Of a stretch of 64,000 nt of DNA, positions 50,749 through 62,859 are shown piece after piece. The DNA comes from Vicugna vicugna (taxonomy: Eukaryota). Both the position numbers and the translations under genes were made by a program. The stretch is from the NCBI GenBank assembly GCA_013265495.1, contig MU057719.1, positions 558,001 through 622,000 on the forward strand, written 5' to 3'. Position 1 is the first letter of the stretch. Each line of letters opens with the position of its first letter. Below the pieces are notes generated by a model that had not been told where the DNA came from, searched no databases, and saw only the letters and a program-made list of their open reading frames with translations.

Positions 50749-51139
50749 GGTCTTGATCCAGACAGCACTCCGGGAGCAGGGCAGAGCCCCGGGCTTGAGT
50801 GGCTGATTCTGGACTGAGATTCTGCCCTCAGGTGCTCTAAGCTCCCTTGCGAGATCACTGAATAATGTATAATCAGATAATAGAGCAGCTGCTCGAAATA
50901 ATTAACACAAAATGTTGCCACTTAAAAAACACGTTATCAGGCAAACTGAGCCCAAAGTGCGAGGCCTGGTTTTGAACTGCCGGTGAGACAACGGCCTGCC
51001 CCTCCCTGTGGCCCCCTGCTGCATTCCGGGTGCTCCCGGGAGCCTGGAGCTGCTCCTTGGTTCTCAGACCTGCCCAACTCCTGGGCGGGCCTGGGGTTAG
51101 GTGCCTGCACTGGGGGTGCCCCCCACCCAGGACTGGGAG

Positions 51140-51330
51140 CCAGACTTGCACACAGAAGACCAACGTGCATGATACAGTTCACCGTGGGAGCCCAGAGTGG
51201 GGCCGGGTGACAGCCAGCTCAGAAATCAGGGAAGACTTCTCGGAAGAAGTGACATCCGGGTCTTGGAGCCCACGAGCTGGCGTCCCAGCAGGGGGAGCAG
51301 CCTTGCAAAGGCCTGGCAGGGCGCGATGCC
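51140..51330 (-). mobile_element. L2 fragment
   Basis: cagaaatcagggaagacttctcggaagaagtgacat resembles L2 gtcagggaaggcttcctggaggaggtgaca. Confidence 0.6.
51285..51299 (+). promoter_or_regulatory. CTCF-like motif CCAGCAGGGGGAGCA
   Basis: 13/15 match; motif only. Confidence 0.2.
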
Positions 51331-53149
51331 CGCGAGAGGGGCTGTAGGGAGTGGTGGTGGTGGGGCAACCTGCCCCAGACCCCGAGCTCCCGCCTCAGAC
51401 GAGGCCTCCTGCACCCTGTGGAGGTGTGGCAGGTTTGAGACACCGTGTGGTGTTTGCAAGAAACCAGAGTCATTCAGGCTCTGTGGCAGTCATGGGGAGG
51501 ACCACATCTCGGAAGGCCCGCAGGGACCCCCAGCCGGGCTGGGCCTCAGGGTGGGGCGCCTGGCGTCGAGAGAGGGTTTGCCGTCTCTGCTGCTTCAAGA
51601 GGGAGCGTTGTGCAGGCCAAGCGGCCGCAGAGGCGCGTGCATCCCGGCCCCGCGCGGCTCGCACGGCGGCGCTCAGCCCTGCTCCGGGGGAAGGCGTCCG
51701 CCCCGGCGGTCCGTGGACCCCTTCCAGCTGGACGGAGCCACGGTCTGCGGTCGAGGAGCCTGCTCCTGGCCACCGGTCTCTCTGTCCTTGAAACTGAAGT
51801 GCTTCTCAGGCTTAAACACATGTGGTCGCGACACAGCAGGGAATGTGATTTATCCGGGAACGTATAGCCGTGTGCTTTACTGCATCGTAAAATGACCTTC
51901 GCAGCTTTAAATGTGTCACGTTAGCATCGTCTGGGTAATTTTTTTAAGCTGCACAAAATGTGGAAATTTCCCGAGTCGCGAGGCTGCCTTCAGGGGGATT
52001 TGGGCGTCTTCTTGGAGCTGGTCTTCTGTGTCCCTGGGGCGTGAGGTGAGGGTGCACAGGTTTGGGGGGCAGCCGCTTGCTGGGAGGGCACCGGCCCCTT
52101 ACTGCAGGGCGCGAGGAACAGTCCCTCTGCCTGACTGTGACCCTCACGCGAGGGAGAGACTCACCCCCACCCCAGCGACCATGCCTGCCCGCCGCTCCCA
52201 GCTGCAAAGAAAGCTCTTAAAAGCTCTCCCACGTTCCCTCGCGTTCACGCTGCCTTGCGTGGAAGTTCACTGTCACTCAGGGAGACCCGCACATGTGGGG
52301 AAAACCTGCCCCCGTCCCCACCGGGCAAGCCACTGCCTTACTCGGGGCCGGGGTCCTAGGAGAGTCTGGGTCTCAGCTGTGTCTGTTTCTCAGGAACCGA
52401 GGGCGGCAGTCCTGGCCCCAGAGTCACCCTGTACGTGCAGCCCAGTGGTGGAGCAGGTGGCCCTGGACCCCTGGCCTGGCTCTCCCGCCCCTGTGGTCTC
52501 TGCCCGGAGCTGGCTGCAGGGTGGCTGGGCTGAAGGCAGCCCACCCACACAGGCTGCCCGGTAAACAGGCTCAGAGCACCTCTCTCTCCTGGTTCTAGAA
52601 GCAGCTGGCTGCAGCCCATGGAACCGACAGCCCCCGGCTCCGCTCCCTGCGGCTCTGAGGCTCCCTGCCCTGCCCTCCTGGGACACCTTGGCCCCTTGTT
52701 CCTTGCGCCTGAGCTGTCCCAAAAGGCCCTGGCTACTATGGGGGCCCAGGGCTTCAATGACCTCGAAACCCTGACCCCTCGCCCTGTGGGCAAGAAGTCT
52801 GTTCGTTCCCTGTGCTAGAGCGAGCACAGGGGCCCTTCGGAATGAACGCAGAGCAGGGGCCCCGCTGCCACTCTGTCCCGCTGAATATCCACATGGTGCA
52901 GGTCAGCAGATCCGGCACAGACTTACACGAGTTTTTATTTTTAATGCCTAGTTAAACTCAGGTCCTTTCAGGGCCAAGGCTGTCACAGCGATGCTGTGGT
53001 CTGATTTAGCACAGTCTCTGCAGGGTAAGGGGGCCCATGTGGAGGGATGTGCACATTCATTTGCTGTTTCCAAGCAGAGGGCAGGGCCAGCTAGGCTGTG
53101 GGCAGGAGGACAGGTTTACTCCGTCCAGTAAGGGCCTCTCCAGGTCATT

Positions 53150-53280
53150 CTCCTGGTTCTGCCTTCCGGGACCCGTGACGATGAAGACTCAGCCCTCTTT
53201 ACGGTACGTCCCATGTGTTCAACACCGATTTGACACACAGTGGCGCTTGAGAAATATTGCTTAAAAAGAAGAGAATAAAC
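53150..53280 (+). mobile_element. L2 3' terminus
   Basis: gacacacagtggcgcttgagaaatattgctt resembles L2 cacatagtaggcgctcaataaatatttg. Confidence 0.5.
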
Positions 53281-53729
53281 ATAACGTGCCAGATTTTACT
53301 GTAAAAAATCCCGTCATGTACAAAATATCTGCTGTAGTGGTTGCCGAACTCTTATTCATACTACAAAACCCACCCAGAGGTTACCTCCTCCAAGGAGGCA
53401 TCACCAACCCCACCAGGTTGAATGAGGTGGCCCTTCCCCAGGAAATTAAAAAGTCCACCAGGGTTATCTGTCACTGTGTTGTCACTGTCTTCCTGCCCCA
53501 GAGATGAGCTCCCCATGAGGGTCACCCGAAGGGGACAGAGCACAGGAAAAGCAGATAACTTGAGCTTGGCCCTCCACATTGTGACACAGAGGATGTGCCC
53601 AGGGGAGCAAAGTCCTGAACATTCTCTCCTCCTATACTGAGGATCCAAGCAGTGGCTCCAGGTACAGCTCAGTAGGTCCCCCTTGGTGCCAGACCCTGGG
53701 CCTGAGTTTGACCCCATCACCTCAGCCTT

Positions 53730-53870
53730 CACAACGACACTGCCAGCTGAGTGGTCCTACCCCCATTTTGTAGTTGAGGCAGTTAAGCTCAGAGAGGGTG
53801 TGTGATTTGCCTGAGGTCACACAGCACACTTGACCTGACACAGGAAGGATGGAAACCCAGAGCCATCCTC
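53730..53870 (-). mobile_element. MIR
   Basis: cccattttgtagttgagg...gctcagagagggtgtgtgatttgcctgaggtcacacagc. Confidence 0.85.
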
Positions 53871-55109
53871 ATCCTTGTGACCAGGTCTGGAGGGTGGGAG
53901 ATCCCTCTACTGCTGAGCAAGAATCCCTGGAAGAGAGGATGTCCTGGCAGGAAACACAGGAGGCACCGCCGGGCGAGCCGAGCCCCCGTTGGGAATCTGG
54001 AGGCCACAGCTTGTCTAGCTGTGCTCCCGAATGCGACCTTGGGGGACCACCTTGCCCTCTCTGGCCCCTGCTTTCCCCACCTGTGGGGAGAGAAACCCCT
54101 TCCTCGTGTGCTGGGGCGAGGGTCTGCCAAGGGCACGTGAGGCCGCCCTCCTTTGTGTAAGCGGTGCCTTGCCTGTCCGTCTGTCCCCACGTGCAGACCA
54201 CACAGCGCACAGCCGGCTCCTCCAGGCCCACCCTCTCTGCCGCCCCCACTGACTGGTGTGGACGGAGGTCAGGAGACGTCCGATTTGGTTTCCTAGCAAC
54301 CAGTCACCGGAGGCTAGGTGCCTGCTCCCCAGCGTCGGACGCCCGGGGCCAGGATGCACGTCGCGCCTGTGGGTGGCGATGTCTCATGTCCACCGTAAAC
54401 ACAGGCTTGCCAGAGGCAGAAGTGGAGAGATTGTTTGCTTTTGTCTGATGTTCCTAAGGCGGCCGAGCGGGGACTCAGGGGCTCTCTGAGCAGCTGACTT
54501 TCTGTAACAAAATCGGGGCAGGCAGGCGAGGCTTCGGGGCGGCCGGGGGCCGCGGGGTGACTGCGGGAGGTGAGGGAGGCGGGTCCTGCCCTCTCAGGAG
54601 GGCAGCAGGCCGCGCTCGGGCCCCCCTCGAGGCTCCCCGCCACCATGAGGACCAAGATGATGGTCAGGATGTAGCGTCTGTCGGCGCAGCTGCCTTTTGG
54701 AAAGCAGCGGGAGTGAAAGGACGAGGTGCATAGGAGGCCAGAAGGGAGGTTGCCCCCCGGGAACGTGGCCTTGGGGCTGGAGAGGCCGCGGCGTCCCGCT
54801 GAAGGGGGCACTGAGGGCTCGCTGTGGCATGGGCTCACGTGGGTGTGGGTGGCCGCGTCCCTGCCACAGTCCAGGACTGCTTCGTTCACAGCGTCTTCCA
54901 CTCTCTCCTGGACAGCTGGGCAGAGGGGGGCCACCTTGCCCTCTCTGACACCCTCGGAAGACAAATCAGTGCCGACGCCCGGCTGCACCTATCTCATCTG
55001 CTGTGTTTCAGAGCGTCTGGCTGTGCGGGGCTGACGGCCTCCGTGTACTGCGCGTGGTCCTGGGCTCAGTGTCCTCCCACTGCACCCCCTCCCACCGTCT
55101 AGGGGGGCG

Positions 55110-55300
55110 CGCCGGTCACTTACTGAGCACCTGCTGCATGCTAGGCCTGCGCGGGTCGCCACGTTTTGGCTCATCCTTCCGACGACCCTCCCAGGAGGTT
55201 GGACTTCCTTGCGGTTTGCAGATGGGGAAACTGAGGCTTAGGTCCTCCCACCCAGAGTTGTAGAGCAGGAAACCGGCACCTTGGACTCGCCTGACCGCTT
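55110..55300 (-). mobile_element. MIR
   Basis: cacttactgagcacctgctgcatgctaggc...gcagatggggaaactgaggctt. Confidence 0.8.
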
Positions 55301-56417
55301 CCCCTCTCAGGGTCACTCTCGGGAGAGTCAAGTTCCTATGGCGGGAGACCAGGGGTGCTCCAGCCTGAGCTGCGGGAGAAGGGGGCGCCAGCCCTGTGGT
55401 CCAGCGTTGACCGGGAGCGGTTGTGCGCAGCCGGCTCAGTGCGCCGGGACATGGAGTTTCTCCGTGAAGCGCAGCCTCTGACAACTTGGAACCTGAAGAC
55501 GAGGCTCTGTGTGTCCACGAGATGGTGTGGAGAGAATCGGGATGAAGTCGGAGCAACCTGACGCGGTGGGCTCGCACCGGGGCAATTCAGAGGCTCTTTC
55601 CGGCTTTGCAGGGTCTTGGGTCCTTCTCAAGGACTGTGGGAGGTTGGGCTGGGGGTTGGGTCAAGTGCATCAGGCCCGGATGGGCAGGCGCGACCTCCTT
55701 GCCCCTCCCCCGCAGGGCAGTGTGCGGGGGGCCGTGGCGGGGGGAGGGGGCTGGCTCCGATTCTGAGGTCCAGGGCACAGCTGGACGTCCGTCAAGCTCG
55801 TATCGCGGGAGGAAACAGAGGCCCGGGTCCTCCGCCGCCAGGCTCACCTCCAGGTCACCGCGCTGCGCTCCGGGACACTCAGACTCGCCGGGACCTGATT
55901 TTGCACCCCTCCCCTCCCCGCCAGCCCACACCCGCCGGCTGTGTCCGTCAGCAGCCACGGCCGTCAGACGCACTGGGCCCGGCCGGTCACAGCACAGGCT
56001 AATCTGCCTGAGCAGGCGCTGAGACCTGCAGCCTGTCCCCTACCCTGTTCCTGGGGGCGACGCCTTCGCTAAGAGTTAGCAGCGCACATGTGGAATTTCC
56101 GTGCCAGCATCGGCCAAAGGAACAGAAAACTCTTGGGACCAGAGCTTGCCACCCACGCAAAGAACACTCCCTTATTCTAGAGGCATCTGCGTCTCAGACA
56201 TACCTTCTGCCCCGACCGTCTCCCCAGCTGGACTGGGACAGACCTCGCTGGTTCTTCTGTCTTCTCTGCATCCCCTGGGCCCTACACGCTACCTCCTGGC
56301 ACAGAGCTCTTCTTAGGAAGAGTGTTGATTAAACTCTCCAGTCTGATAGTCTCTTCAGCTTAATTGCTGAGTTTAACAGATGTGTTTAATTTTGCTTTGT
56401 GATTGTGTTTTCATTTT

Positions 56418-56534
56418 TTTTCCTTCTCTTTTAAAATTGAAGTGCAGGTGACTTACAAGGTAGTGTTAGTTTCCGGCGTACAGTACAGCGATTCAGCTAT
56501 GCATGTAAATACATACAGACTCCTTTTCATTACT
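56418..56534 (-). mobile_element. 5'-truncated Laurasiatherian L1 3' end with 12-bp TSD TGTTTTCATTTT
   Basis: aattgaagtgcaggtgacttacaaggtagtgttagtttccggcgtacagtacagcgattcagctatgcatg; TSD at 56406-56417 and 56535-56546; TT|AAAA target on the minus strand. Confidence 0.85.
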
Positions 56535-57289
56535 TGTTTTCATTTTAAAAAAAACCCACTTCTTTGCTGTTTCTTTTACTTCTCCTTCTCCCCTAACGTG
56601 GAACACGCACAGGACGAAATTTTAGTGTTACCGTTTTATGACTTCATATAATATGCAGGAACCTATGTTTCTTAGTGTTCATTGGCCTGAATTAAATAAT
56701 GGTTGGAGAGTATTTTCATAAGTGCAAAGCACTGTAAGTGCGGAGAGCAGGATGGTGAGGGCCCTCATGACTCAAGGGTGAAGTTAGGCTGTTACAGGCG
56801 TGACCCCTACCTTCATGTCCGCAGCCTTCAGCCGGCTGTGGGCAACAGACATTTTGTGGAATGGAGAGAGGTGATGGTGTCTGCATTTTTGAGATTTTTC
56901 TGTCCCAAGTTCAGATGCCGGAACACAGCTCTTCGTCTCCTGTTTCTGGCTGCCTATTTTTAACCTCAGCGCCCAGAGTGAATTAGAAGAGGTGAATGTG
57001 GTGCGTGAAAATGGACCCCGTGTGAATGACTGTGCTTTGTCTTTATTGGTTTTGAGGAAGAGAAACAGCCGAGGTTATGGTGGTGGACGTGTGTCTGGGG
57101 AGCCACCTGGGTGTACTCCCGGTGTCTCAGTCTTGTGGTCTTGTTCGCTCCGTGAGTACAAAGAAGGGAAAGAGAGTCATCTCTCCCACCCGCAGGAACC
57201 TGCCGTTTCTTCGAGGGGCGCTCACCGTGGATGGGACTGGAGAGTTTGTTGTCCTTTGCTGAGGGCACATCTTCATCCACGCGAAAAGC

Positions 57290-59810
57290 TGCACTCTCAC
57301 TGGCTTGAGGTGTCAGAGGAAAGAAGCTGGGGCTGAGAGAACAGCCCAGAAAGTTAGGAGGGGAATGCTGGCGGGGAGGGACCCACAGACCCGAATCTGC
57401 TTATATAATCCACCTAAATCCCGGGTTGACCATGAAACGCAGGAAAGTCCCTGAACCCAAACTTTCCAAAAAAAAAAAAAAAAAAAAAAAAGCAGCTGGA
57501 AACTTAATTTAGCAGCCATTTCGGCTGCTGCCCACGGCAGGGAAGATGCAGTGTGAAGTCTGGGTCCAGCCGACCAAGCTAACTGTCAGAACAAATATTC
57601 CTCTTCAGGAGAGAGAGTCAGACCCAGAGTCCTCGTCATAAATCATTCAGACTGTCCAGCGTCCGATAAAAAAAAGCATCCAACTTGCAAAGAAACAAGA
57701 AAAAGTGAGTCATAGTCAAGGGAAGAAGGAAACGGGGCAGTGGGAACCCACCTTGAGGTGACTTGGCCTCACAATGAGCAGCTTTTACAAATACGGTTGG
57801 GGACTCCCACTAAAGTGTGTGCCAAACGAAGGAACAGATGGGGAGCCTCAGCAGAGAAACAGAAACTATTAAAAAAAGGGCCAAATGGAATTTCCCGGAC
57901 CAAGAAGCACGATAACTTAAATGAACAGTCCCCGTTCATTAATAGGAGATTGCAGATGGCAGAGGAGAGAGTCATTGAACTTGAAAATAGTTCAGTGGAA
58001 GTTGCACACTCTAGATAACAGAGGAAAGGAGACTGGAAAATGTGCAGAGCCTCAGACATGGGGCGGCGTCAAGTTGTCTAGCAGGTATAACCGGAATCCC
58101 AGAAGCTGAAGGGGGAGGGAATAGGCGGGGCAAAAACACGCCTCCTACACCCCGAAGCCTCGGTGGTAAAACTGCAGGGTGTCGCCGGGAGAAGCTAAAG
58201 ACCCGAATCAACGAAAGTGTATACTGTCTTCATGGATTGGAAGGCGATACTGTTACGATGTCAGTTTTCCCCAGGTTAAACTGTAGATTCGCCTACAGCT
58301 CCTGTTACAATTCCAGCAGTCTCTCTTTTCGTTTAATGGACAAGGTGACCGTAAAGTTTGTGTGGAAACACAAAGGACTTGAGGATAGTCTGAACAGCGC
58401 TATAAATGAACAGAGCTAGAGCATTTACACTCCCTGAATTCAAGACTCTCGATGAGACTAAAGCAATTGAGTGGCATAAGTACAGCTGACTGTACCGAGG
58501 GGCCAGAGCACACCCATACCCACGTGCCCACTGGCTTTTGTCCACGGGATCCAAGCCATCCAACGAGGAAGAGAAAGTGTTCAACAAATTGTTCTGAAAC
58601 ACCTGGGTATCCATGTGGGGATGGGGACGTGCACCCCAACCCCTAGCTCACACCATACACAAAAATTAATTTGCGATGGAGCGGAGACCTGAACATAAAC
58701 ACTGAAACCGCAGAGTTCTTAGAGAGGACGTAGGAGAAAATTCCTTGCAGCATGGAAGGAAGCAACGATTTCTAACTTGAGGCATGAAGACTTCTTAGAT
58801 GGGACACGGGGTAGCATCAGGACACCGAAGAAGAAAAATGCGATAGATTTGCTTTCATTAAAATTCAGAATGAATGCTTATCAAAAGACACCATGAAAAA
58901 AAATGAGTAGCCATGCCAGAGACTGAAAAAAAAATCACAAAACAAATCTGACAAAAGACTTGTATCCATGATATACAAAGAACTCCTAGGATTCAATAAG
59001 AAAAAGGCGACCAATCGTTAGAAGTGGAAAAAGCCTGGAGCAAGCCTTCCACCTGGGAAGATGCACAGGTGCGCGTCGGTACATGGGGAAATCCTCAGCG
59101 TCATCAATGAGGAGGGAGGTGCAAAAGCAACCGCAGGTGCATTTCACTACATACCCACCCCAGTGGCTAAAATGTAAAAGTCTGGGGAGCGCCAGAGCTG
59201 GGGAGGACCAGGAACAACTCGCCGGTGCACGCTGCTCGGGGGGCAGTAGATGCCGCGGCCGCTTTGGGAGAGCGCGTGGCAGTTGCTGATGAAGCTGAAC
59301 ACACCCGCCTGTGATCCGGCCATTCCGCTCCCCGGGCGCTTTCAGTCCACGGAAAGGAAAAGAAGAGGGATGCTCATAGCAGCTTTTACTGAGAACGACC
59401 AGAACGTGGAGGCCACCCAGGTGCTCCTCAGGAGGAGAGTGGCTGTCAGATTGCGGCGCCTTCAGAGCATGGATTAGGGCCAGCAGTAAAGAGGGATGAC
59501 CTGCGGTGGAGGCAACTGCGTGGATCTCAGAGGCGTGACGTGAGGGCAGGAGGCCAGACACGGAAGCGACATGACGCACGAGGCGGCTGGTATGACGTTC
59601 TAGAGCAGACGGAAGTAGCCTGCGGTGAGGAGCCGTTGTGGTGGGGCCGGCTACTAGGGGTGGATCAGGGAGGAGGGGGCGTCTCCGGGGATGAGAATGT
59701 CTGTGACGTGGTGGGGTGTGCACAATACCGGTGTGTCTGTCCCCTCGTCAGAACGGTACGCCTAAGGGTGCAGCTCGATCTGTGCAAACCGTCGTCAAAA
59801 CACGGTGAGA
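57290..59810 (+). mobile_element. Fragmented old L1M (5'/ORF1 remnant about 57290-58140; ORF2 3' part and 3' UTR about 58190-59810); no intact ORF
   Basis: ORF1-like tgcagatggcagaggagagagtcattgaacttgaaaatag; ORF2-like cttcatggattggaag, ctcacaccatacacaaaaattaatttgcgatgg, acaaaagacttgtatccatgatatacaaagaactcct; many stops and indels. Confidence 0.85.
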
Positions 59811-62064
59811 GACCTGTGCGAAGGCTTTCTGCCCCGTGCTTAGAACGCAGTGGGAGCTCTGTAGACGTCGGTGTGCCAGGATCTGAGGATGGCGCCAGGA
59901 AGGAGGGAGGCGTAGAAGGGCACCTTCCTAGGACCCTGCAGTCCACACGGCTTCCAAGCACCTTTCAAGTCCCACCCGTCCTGGAAGCTTCTGACCCCTC
60001 CAGCCCTCGCTGTCCTCTCCCTCCTAGGAATACTGCAGCTCTTGCTTTGGCTCCACGTGGGGCAGGTGCCCGCCTCACCTCAAGATCAACAGATCGCCTC
60101 TTGTATTTCTCTGAAGAGCCCTCAGTGCCCGCGTCATCGGGGACTCGGCCAATGAAAGCAGGGGACCCGTCCACCTGACCGGGAGGCCCCGGAACAGGAA
60201 CACGGCTTCTGCAAGACCGTGGCCAGTTCCCGCATGTCCGCCCCGGTCTCCCCACCCCACGACGGAGAGCCTGAGTTCCTCTGGGAGATGAGCGAGTTGC
60301 ATCTTGGGCCCTGATTCCGGCTGCCTGGTGGTGGGGGCGGCACGGAGGCCTTTGCTGAAAGGGATTCCGGGCTGAGTGGGATGGAATCCTAGGATCAACT
60401 AGGGTGCTTCCCCAAACGTAGGGTGAGGACGGGGGCTCCTGGGCTGGCAGATTGCCGTTGCTGCACCGGTGACCTGGAGGACTCTTTCCAGGCTGGCATT
60501 GTCATTTTTATTCATTTCATCGGCTCTTCAACTATTTAACTATCACGTGCCCCACCACCTTCCTTCCACCAGCCCATCAGAGCAAAGCCGATGTCTGTCT
60601 CCAGACCTTACGAGCAGCCTGAAGTGCCTTCGAGGTGTCTAAGTTAGCAGCCCAGGAGCTTCCCTGTCTCCCCTCTGCTCCACGCTGTCAGAATTCTCGA
60701 TGGGGCCTCTGTCACCAGCCTCGCTTGGCTGCAAGACAGAAATCCAGGGTGTCTGAAACCCAGAGGAAGGGACCCCTGCAGGGACTCACCTGGACCCCAG
60801 GAACCTGGCGGGCAGAGCTGCGGGAACTGTTTCCTTTGGGGACAGCATCTGGAGAGGCGGGGGTGGTTTGTGTCAACATAAGTGACCGTTCCCCTGGCCT
60901 GCCTTGGGGGACGGACCTCCGAGGCGGGGAGTGAGCAAATCCAGGAGTTGCAGATGCTCCTCCTTGCCTTCTCGTTGGTTCCAGCGGGAGCGGGGAGGCT
61001 CTGTCACCGTCTGGGTACTGATTTGCACCCCAGGATGCATTCTCAGGACTGCCGACATCCAGATACTCATCCTGCGGTGGAGGGCGGACGGGAGAGGGTG
61101 AGGACCAGCCTGACTGAGCTCCCCTCACCTCTCCTGGTAGCTGCTGGGGCCTCGGTGCAACTTTCATCTGAGACGGCCGGTGCTCTCCACCGCCAAGGGT
61201 CTGTGAGGTTGAAAGGCAGACATGCTTTCCGGTGCCTGACACGTGCACTGGGTCCGAAGTGTCTCGTCAGTGGGTGGGCGGCTGTTACATCGTAGTTACA
61301 AGAGTCCGGCGGCTGGTCCGGCACAGTGTGACCTGGCTTTGTCCTCTGGCCAGCTTTTGGCTACCTCACACCTGGAGTGGCTGTAGAGCATAGAGGGAAG
61401 GACCCCAAAGCAGCCGCCTGTGGAGGTCTCACCAAGATGGGAGCTGGCCCAGCCCCGGAACCGCCCAGAGAGAAGTCCAGATGCACCTGCCCACAGCCCC
61501 ACTGCAGCTCGGTCCCACGGGGAGGCGTCCAGGGCTCTGGGGAGACCAGCCCCTCCGGCCGGGAAGGCCTTCCTTGAATACTCCCTGTCCGCTAGATTTT
61601 CAGCGCTCTCTTCCCACCCACCCTGCCCACCCCAGCCTATAGAATGACAGTTAATATTCAAAAGCTGGGTGTGGGGCGGGGCCAGGAACCCATTCCTAAG
61701 AGCGGGTGGTGTCATTTCTGCCCTGGCCTCCGTCCCTCCCTGTCCCTGGGACTCCGGCTCTGCCGGTGGGGAGGGGGCTGCTCCACCTCATTCTGAAGCC
61801 TTTCGGAAGAGAACTGTGCCGGGCCTGCTCCGGGCCAGGCCATGGGGTGTGTCCTCGCACAGAGAGGTGCGCGGGGCTGGCACGGGCCTCCAGGGTGAGC
61901 TGGCCCGGAGCATGGCTGCGCTGAGGACGGACCCCACGGCAGACTGAACTGCTGGCCGCCCCGGGCCCAGGGTGGCTCCCGTCCCTTAGCCCCAGGCCAG
62001 AGTGACCCTCGCGGAATGGGGGGCGGTTTGTGCCGGCCCCAAGGGAACTGGTGGGTGGTTCGGT

Positions 62065-62340
62065 CGGCGCGTGTGCTGATTCAGTGAAATGTTTACCAAG
62101 CACCTCCTTGGGTCAGGCGTGGAGGTCAGCGGAATTAAGAAGCGGGGTTTCTCCTGGGGAAGAGGCAGGCTCATCCACGGGCACTTACAGAGCAAGTGCA
62201 GAAGCGGTGAGAGGGGTGCACTTCGTACAGGAGTGTCAGGGAGAGTCCCGGATCGCAGACCGGGCGGTGGAGCCCCGAAGGCCTCTTGGGGGAGGTGTCC
62301 GATGACCTAAGTCTTGCAGATCAGAGGGGATGACTTGCTG
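62065..62340 (-). mobile_element. L2 fragment
   Basis: attcagtgaaatgtttaccaagcacctccttgggtcaggc...gaaggcctcttgggggaggtgtccgatgacctaagtcttgcagat. Confidence 0.65.
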
Positions 62341-62859
62341 GCAAGATCATGAGCTGAAACAAAGGTTTATTACTGAACTACAAATTAAGCAGTAGCTTCC
62401 TTGCTGGGTTGGTGAGTCCTGTCACAAACTTCGAGCCCCTCTGCTCCACTTCTTTGCCGCCTGGAAGGGAAGATGTTCACGTGTGAGCTCTGCACTTTGA
62501 CCTTCACACTTCCTCTGCGAGGGCTGGGGGACCCTGGGCTGAGCCAGGAGTCCTCGGGCCTCCAGGTCACAGGTGTGGGCCGCGGGGGACGGGAGCGCAG
62601 GCCCCAGGCTGGGCACGCCTGTTGATTGGCTGTGCAAAGATTCCCCAGGGCGATGTCTCACCTCAGGTCCCGGCGTGTGGCCCCTGCATTTACTCAAGGG
62701 CTGCAGAAGCTGGGCGTGGTCACGGTGGGACCTTCTAGAAGCGCAGCAGGAAGGGCACCAGATGCTCCCCAGGCTGCCCGAGTGAAACTCACAGACACCC
62801 CGGGAGGCAGGGGGTGCGCCCTGTCCTTAGACCAAGGGACTGAGGCCGAGAGGGAGTGG

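Noticed and set aside
54617-54632. Vector polylinker-like CGGGCCCCCCTCGAGG suggesting contamination
   Set aside because: Short, one C fewer than the recalled pBluescript sequence, no other vector sequence nearby; chance in GC-rich DNA.
58190-59400. Functional L1 ORF2
   Set aside because: Fragmented, with many stops and deletions.
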